A DNA stretch of 36,333 bases from Macrostomum lignano. Lineage: Eukaryota. Positions 31,045-36,333 of this stretch are shown here, piece after piece (the first letter of the stretch is position 1; each line of letters starts with the position of its first letter). A model generated the notes under the pieces. The model had not been told where the DNA came from and ran no database searches. It saw nothing but the letters and a program-made list of their open reading frames with translations. The DNA is taken from positions 1 to 36,333 of the forward strand of contig NIVC01004745.1 in the NCBI GenBank assembly GCA_002269645.1, read 5' to 3'. The position numbers were made by a program, and so were the translations under genes.

Positions 31045-33069
31045 TCAGGCCTCCTCGGAGTCACCTGTCAGAGGAATGACAAAAAAATGGCTTGCTGGAT
31101 CCCTGTCCGCTCCAGCAAGATTGGCAAGCAGATTCGCAGGCAAAATCCAGCACTTTCGCTCAGGTGTGCCAGTTAGAACACCAGATGTCATCCTGTACAA
31201 GCCGATTCCCAGACGCAAAGATGGATATGGGTTGGCGTAGATGTTGTCAACTGGGTGTAAAATCCTGCCAGTGACTTGATTAGCTTCACTTACAGCTTCG
31301 ATTAGGACGCATACTTTGTCGATTATGCAACAATTATCACCTCGCTTTGTGCTGAATTTCAACGGTGGAATTCGCTGCTCATTCAACAGAAGATCGCGAA
31401 CTCTGAGCACCTGCTTAACTGAATGCGCTGCCATGTGCCTTGTCACCTTTACGCGGCGCTTTACAGATCCAAGAAAGTTTTCGAAAGGGAAAGTCGAAAA
31501 GTTGTTTAAACTGCCTAGCTTTCGGACAAACTCATCCAAATGAAGAATAGTGTGAAGATTGAAACTTATAAACTTCTGGCCGTAAAGGTGGGCAGCCCGT
31601 TCAACAAAAACTTCAATGCAAGTTTTTGCCTGCGTCCACCACTTGGAGTACCTTTCGTTGGAGTATGCGTAAATGGCGAAATGGAGGTAAAGAAAGTGGT
31701 TATACCTTTCTTCATTTAAAATGCCTTTGAAGAGGACAGGTCCTAGGTACAGCAAGTACTGTCTGAATTCAGTAGCCTTCATGTGCTTCAGTTCCAAGTC
31801 GATTTTCCGGGGTCTTCGTTGAAAGTTTGAAGGTGTCCAACCGGCAGCCATAGTAATTCGGTCGCCCAATAGGCTCATCGGACCGGGATAGACGAGACAC
31901 TTCTTGCCATTAGATTTGTCGAAAAATAGGTAAAATAGCTTCCTTGTGACTCCAAGGCATACGGCATGCTGGTAGTCAGGGGGAAAAGCATCGACAAAAC
32001 TAATGTTAGGCAAATTTAGAAGGGGCGATAGAGCGATTTTTTTATTTTCCTGGTTAGACTCCTTTCCCTCTCGGTATTGTTGGCTGCTACGAGACTCCCC
32101 GACGCTCGTTGAAAATGTTACTCTGTTGTCGGTATAAGGTCCAGTAGCCCTGCAGTACATGCAACCGACGTACGACATGTGCCCTTGAGTTACTGAGACC
32201 CAGGCTCGAGCAGGCGCATCGCAAACAAATCGGATAGTCGAGAAGCTGATGCTTAAATTTTCGATAATTTTTATTGGACCCGTAAGAAAACGTTTAGCCT
32301 CGTCGCAAAATTGTCGAAGATAATCATTCAGAGGTGGCTTGCCACAACCAGCCCATACGCTACTGGAAAAGGTCTGCTGAATATGCTGGGAATAGACATA
32401 AGTATGGCCAAAGACCGAAGTGGCTTGCTCGTACAAAGGCAAGCCGTCAAAATTAACGATGGCTTCAATTTTGTAAACCTTCTCAGTTTCACTATCGTGT
32501 TGTAGATATTCTGGCTTCATGTGCAGCTGGTTTTTGCGAAACATTAGTTCTAGATTTTTCAGAATCGAAATGTAGCGAAAATGGCCTTTTCCCATGGGCT
32601 CCAATTTTTCCGTTGGATCGCCAGCATTGATGACGGCCTCAATAGAGTTGACAGACTTCGGCGCAGGCAAGCCTATGTCTCTTAGACCATCAACAAGGAA
32701 TTTTTTAGATCCACGACTTAGGTTGAAACAAGAAAAGTAGACTACCAGCAAGGCGAATATTTTATCTTCTAAAGAGCGGTCATCCTCTTTCTTGTCAATC
32801 TCCTCATCTTCATCGCTGCAAACTCGCGCGAACTCGTCAAAATCAGGATAGCTGCCATTGTCGTTGTCAAGATCTGGATCCGTACCTTCATTGACTTCTG
32901 CTACAGAGGACTCCGAAGCGATGAAACCGGCGACTCTCCCAGAATCATCTGCTTCGAATACTTTTCTTTTTTTCTCTTGCAGTGCGATGTCTTCCAAAGC
33001 TTCTTGTTCTCCTTCCATGAACAAGCCCAGCAAATCCTTATTTGCTTGTCGCCTCAATTGCCTTGTCAT
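31045..33069 (-). CDS. EnSpm/CACTA (CMC superfamily) DDE transposase, 674 aa
   Basis: NFDGLP, FVCDAPARA..GHMSYVGCMYC, PDYQHAVCLGVTRK, KATEFRQYLLYLGP, HTILHL..GSLNNFSTFPFENFLG. An alternative frame at about 32355-32412 restores LWP-ILMSIPSIFSRPFPVA-VWAG, suggesting two compensating indels. Confidence 0.9.
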   Translation of the reverse strand: MTRQLRRQANKDLLGLFMEGEQEALEDIALQEKKRKVFEADDSGRVAGFIASESSVAEVNEGTDPDLDNDNGSYPDFDEFARVCSDEDEEIDKKEDDRSLEDKIFALLVVYFSCFNLSRGSKKFLVDGLRDIGLPAPKSVNSIEAVINAGDPTEKLEPMGKGHFRYISILKNLELMFRKNQLHMKPEYLQHDSETEKVYKIEAIVNFDGLPLYEQATSVFGHTYVYSQHIQQTFSSSVWAGCGKPPLNDYLRQFCDEAKRFLTGPIKIIENLSISFSTIRFVCDAPARAWVSVTQGHMSYVGCMYCRATGPYTDNRVTFSTSVGESRSSQQYREGKESNQENKKIALSPLLNLPNISFVDAFPPDYQHAVCLGVTRKLFYLFFDKSNGKKCLVYPGPMSLLGDRITMAAGWTPSNFQRRPRKIDLELKHMKATEFRQYLLYLGPVLFKGILNEERYNHFLYLHFAIYAYSNERYSKWWTQAKTCIEVFVERAAHLYGQKFISFNLHTILHLDEFVRKLGSLNNFSTFPFENFLGSVKRRVKVTRHMAAHSVKQVLRVRDLLLNEQRIPPLKFSTKRGDNCCIIDKVCVLIEAVSEANQVTGRILHPVDNIYANPYPSLRLGIGLYRMTSGVLTGTPERKCWILPANLLANLAGADRDPASHFFVIPLTGDSEEA

Positions 33070-33433
33070 TGTTTTCGTCCGAATCAGACTTTGATGATAG
33101 TTGACTGTTGTAATAATAATAAAGTAATTACTACGATTGCTTATTTCGTATTAAAGAAAGGATATGAACAAAAGCTGGGAAGAATTGAAAACTATTCCTT
33201 TGGGGGTTTGTGCGCGCTGATTGGACAGGTATGGATGCGGGGACGGTAGGGCCAATGAAATTGGAAAAGCCAGGGCGGCCTTTTTCATTCGAAGAACTAT
33301 AGAAGACAATTGCTTCTAGAAGCAACCTAAACCACTGAATCATTAAATAAGCATAAACTATAGTGTGAGCTCCAAACTCTTGCTTTATTTGGTACTCAGT
33401 TTTGCACTAGCATAGTCTAGTCTGCATGCTACA
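33070..33433. promoter_or_regulatory. Putative bidirectional promoter between transposase and accessory gene
   Basis: 364-bp gap between divergent ATGs, with ATTGG 33220-33224, CCAAT 33252-33256, ATTGG 33260-33264 and a GGGCGG box near 33272. Confidence 0.55.
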
Positions 33434-36002
33434 ATGAAGTTTTTAGTGATCTTTAAAGACGACCGTCAAATTGTTGAGGTCTCGGAAAGCGAAGTGAAGC
33501 TTCCTGAAGGCTTTCAAAACCTTAAGGAAGAGGAATGGTTAGAAAAGAGGACTCCACTGAGAAGTGGAAGTGTGAAGCCTTGTATGAAGGCTGTTTTTAC
33601 TCTGCTCTAATTATTCAGGTAAGCAACCGATCCCAACGATTGAAATGTTAAAATTCTTGAATCGATCTAATATTTGTACGCTCATATTTTCTCATTAATT
33701 TAAAGGTAATACTAAGCAACAACCTAGAGCCTGGGAGCTTCCGCTTTGTGCGTGAATTGGTGGCCAAAAAGACCCGACTGAACCGAATTCTCGAGTTGGT
33801 TCAACCCAGAGTCTTTCAGGAGCGTGACATGAAGAAAGCACGAAGGCATTACCAGACTAAGGTAAAATTAAGCACAGCCCATATAATTTTTATCGAGAAC
33901 TTTGTTTTCTCCGTTTTACCTTTTAAACTATTTTTTAAGAAAAGGGAAGAAATTAAATGTGAAAATAATCTTTAAAACTGACATTAACTTGATAATTTCT
34001 CATGCCGTAACCATCCCAAACAGAATCTGTCAGACGGCTCAGCCACCGATTCCGAGGCAATCTTCGAAGATAAGAGCAGCCGCTGTTTGCAACCTCCAGC
34101 TTTGCTGCCTAAACAACATCCGCCTACGATTGCACAGTTAGCGCCAATGCCTCCTATTAGTGATGATGAAGCAGAAGCTGGCGTAGACGCCGATATGGAA
34201 GCTGAGGCGGAAGCTGAGGCGGAAGCTGAAGTGGAAGCTGAGGCGGAAGCTGAAGTGGAAGCTGAGGCGGAAGCTTGAAGCGGAAGATGAGGTGGAAGCT
34301 GAGATCGGAGCTGAGGTGGAAGCTGAGATGGGAGCTGAGGCGGAAGCTGAGGCGGAAGCTGAGGTGGAAGCTGAGATGGAGCTGAGGTGGAAGCTGAGGC
34401 GGAAGCTGAAATAGAAGCTGAGTTCGTAGCAGATGATCGATCGACGATTCCTAAGTCGCCTCCCACCATTTCATCTTTTAATTTTGGTTCTGGCTTTTTA
34501 GAAAACTAGAAGAGCAGATCCAAGCCGGTGTTAGCTTTGAGCTGGAAAGTCACAAGAGGCATCAAGTTTCTGTCCTTATATGCCCTACGCGAACTTACTA
34601 TCGCGCAAGAATGAATTGAAAGCATTAGAAAATAGTTTGACCAAACAAATCACCGCAATGCGCACTGAAGTGCAGAGCGTGCTACGCTTTTTGGAACCTG
34701 TTGGCGCTGACATTCCAAACTGATAATTCTGAGCCTTCATTCTGGCCGATCAACTCCTGGGAAAAATATGTGCAATTCGCTTCCAGTCCAAATGAACATA
34801 TTTCTACTTTGGTAAGTCATGACAGAGTTTTTTATTTTCTTTTCATTAGAAGAAATGCTCTAACTACTACTCAAAGCGCACTAAGTACTATCACTGAAAT
34901 AATAATCTATAAGTATTTTCACCTGTAAAAATCTAAACAGAAGAGCCTGCTACGTTCATGCAAGCGAGACAAGTGGTCCGATGCTTTAATGGCAATGCTT
35001 AACGAGAGCTTGTCGAAAGAGATGCAGGCGGTTATTAATTTAATCGGGTCAGACATGCGAAGCCGAGCTGTTGCTGCTGGAGTTGCGACCAACCTTACTG
35101 ATGCGCAGCTTGGATTTCAGAGCACTCTGCTCAGCCATTTCCAAAGTAAGTCTACTTAATCAACGTTCAATGAGACTTTTAGAGCTAAATATCAAGAAAT
35201 TAGTCGAGCACAGTGCATGCTATTCATAGTAACTTTCAACTTTTTTCCTAACAGAAGCAATCACATTCATCTATGGCGCGACCGCTGAAGCCGGCAGGCC
35301 CTCTGAACAATCTGTAAGAAATACTTGCAGACAGCAGCTAAAGCATGGCGGTGACCGATTAAAGGGGCGGTCGCATCGCACAGGAAGCCAGCTGCTTTCC
35401 GGAGTCCAGACTCAAAGCCCCGCTTCTGACAGCGCCGTACAAAGACAGTCTCTGGTGGCAGCGACTCCAACCCGCTTCTGGCAGCGCCGTACAAAGACAG
35501 TCTCTGGTGGCAGCGACTCAAGTCCCGCTTCTGCAGCGCCGTACAAAGACAGTCTCTGGTGGCAGCGACTCAAGCCCGCTTCTGGCAGCGCCGTACAAAG
35601 ACAGTCTCTGGTGGCAGCGACTCCAAGCCCCGCTTCTGGCAGCGCCGTACAAAGACAGTCTCTGGTGGCAGCGACTCAAGCCCCGCTTCTGGCAGCGCCG
35701 TACAAAGACAGTCTCTGGTGGCAGCGACTCCAAGCCCCGCTTCTGGCAGCGCCGTCAAAGACAGTCTCTGGTGGCAGCGACTCCAAGCCCGCTTCTGGCA
35801 GCGCCGTGCAAAGACGGTCTTTGGTGGCAGCGACTCAAAGTCCCGCTTCTGGCAGCGCCTGTGCAAAGACGATCTCTGGTGGCAGCGACTCAAAGTCCCG
35901 CTTCTGCAGCGCCGTGCAAAGACGGTCTTGGTGGCAGCGACTCAAAGTCCCGCTTCTGGCAGCGCCGTGCAAAGACACAGCCATTCATCTTCTTTTTCCC
36001 TA
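33434..36002 (+). CDS. Spliced accessory gene of the EnSpm-like element (DUF4806/BEN-like domain, acidic and Ser/Ala/Gln repeats)
   Basis: Exons 33434-33618, 33706-33861, 34024-34811, 34941-35145 and 35255-36002 have GT-AG ends. Phases are consistent at junctions 1/2, 2/3 and 4/5. Coiled coil ELKALENSLTKQITAMR, FWPINSWEKY.., and C-terminal SVRNTCRQQLKHGGDR resemble DUF4806. Internal 1-nt frameshifts. A possible further exon starts at 36128. Confidence 0.65.
34198..34420 (+). repeat. 12-bp coding repeat (GAAGCTGAGGCG/GTG) encoding (EA/EV)n
   Basis: Direct reading; lies inside exon 3 of the accessory gene. Confidence 0.9.
35410..35975 (+). repeat. About 54-bp tandem repeat (about 10 copies), probably coding (SPASGSAVQRQSLVAATQ/P)
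   Basis: The first unit is in frame with exon 5. Units vary 52-54 bp through C-run indels. Confidence 0.9.
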
Positions 36003-36333
36003 GTGAGTAAAAACGTATCTAAACTGAATAATGAACGATGAATACTATGATTGCTAAGCATTAAATACTACTATCAGTAAGATAAAATGTGCATGCAGTA
36101 ATTTTTGTTTTCTTTCCAATGTCACAGACACCATCGCGACTATCAGCGGGAGAAGTGCGCCACGGCGACAGCAAAGCCGAGCTCCCAATCCAGAAAGCGA
36201 GCGAGTATTCAGTTGGATTCTCAGCCTCGAAAGCGGAACAACCATCGCCCCCGTTCAGCAAAGTCAAAAAACCAACTACCGCACTGACTGCTCTCTCGAA
36301 TCTGATGACGAAACCGAATCAAGTGGATCAAAA

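Overview
Eukaryotic (metazoan-like, spliceosomal introns) repeat-rich window made of nested mobile elements and disrupted caspase-like genes. The main feature is a young, full-length Ty3/Gypsy LTR element (330-10997; LTRs about 1056/1060 bp and nearly identical; 4-bp TSD CTAC). Its gene order is unusual. A herpesvirus-gB-like (class III) envelope glycoprotein with signal peptide, RRRR furin site and TM anchor sits between gag and protease, and the TM is in the same reading frame as PR-RT-RH-IN. The predicted cytoplasmic tail carries a cluster of ESCRT late-domain motifs (LYPSI, PTAP, PPNY). A small, predicted N-myristoylated RING protein is encoded after integrase, where env normally lies. The rest of the window holds two minus-strand caspase-like genes (one split by the LTR element, one split by a full-length RNase H-containing LOA-like LINE with a 13-bp TSD), a 5'-truncated related LINE, several tandem arrays (21, 48, 7, 16, 12 and 54 bp units), MITE-like inverted repeats, and an EnSpm/CACTA-type transposase paired head-to-head with a spliced DUF4806/BEN-like accessory gene. 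Single-base indels break almost every ORF and also separate the two LTRs, so many frameshifts may be long-read consensus errors. All family assignments come from motif recognition by eye; no database search was run, and novelty cannot be confirmed from the sequence alone.
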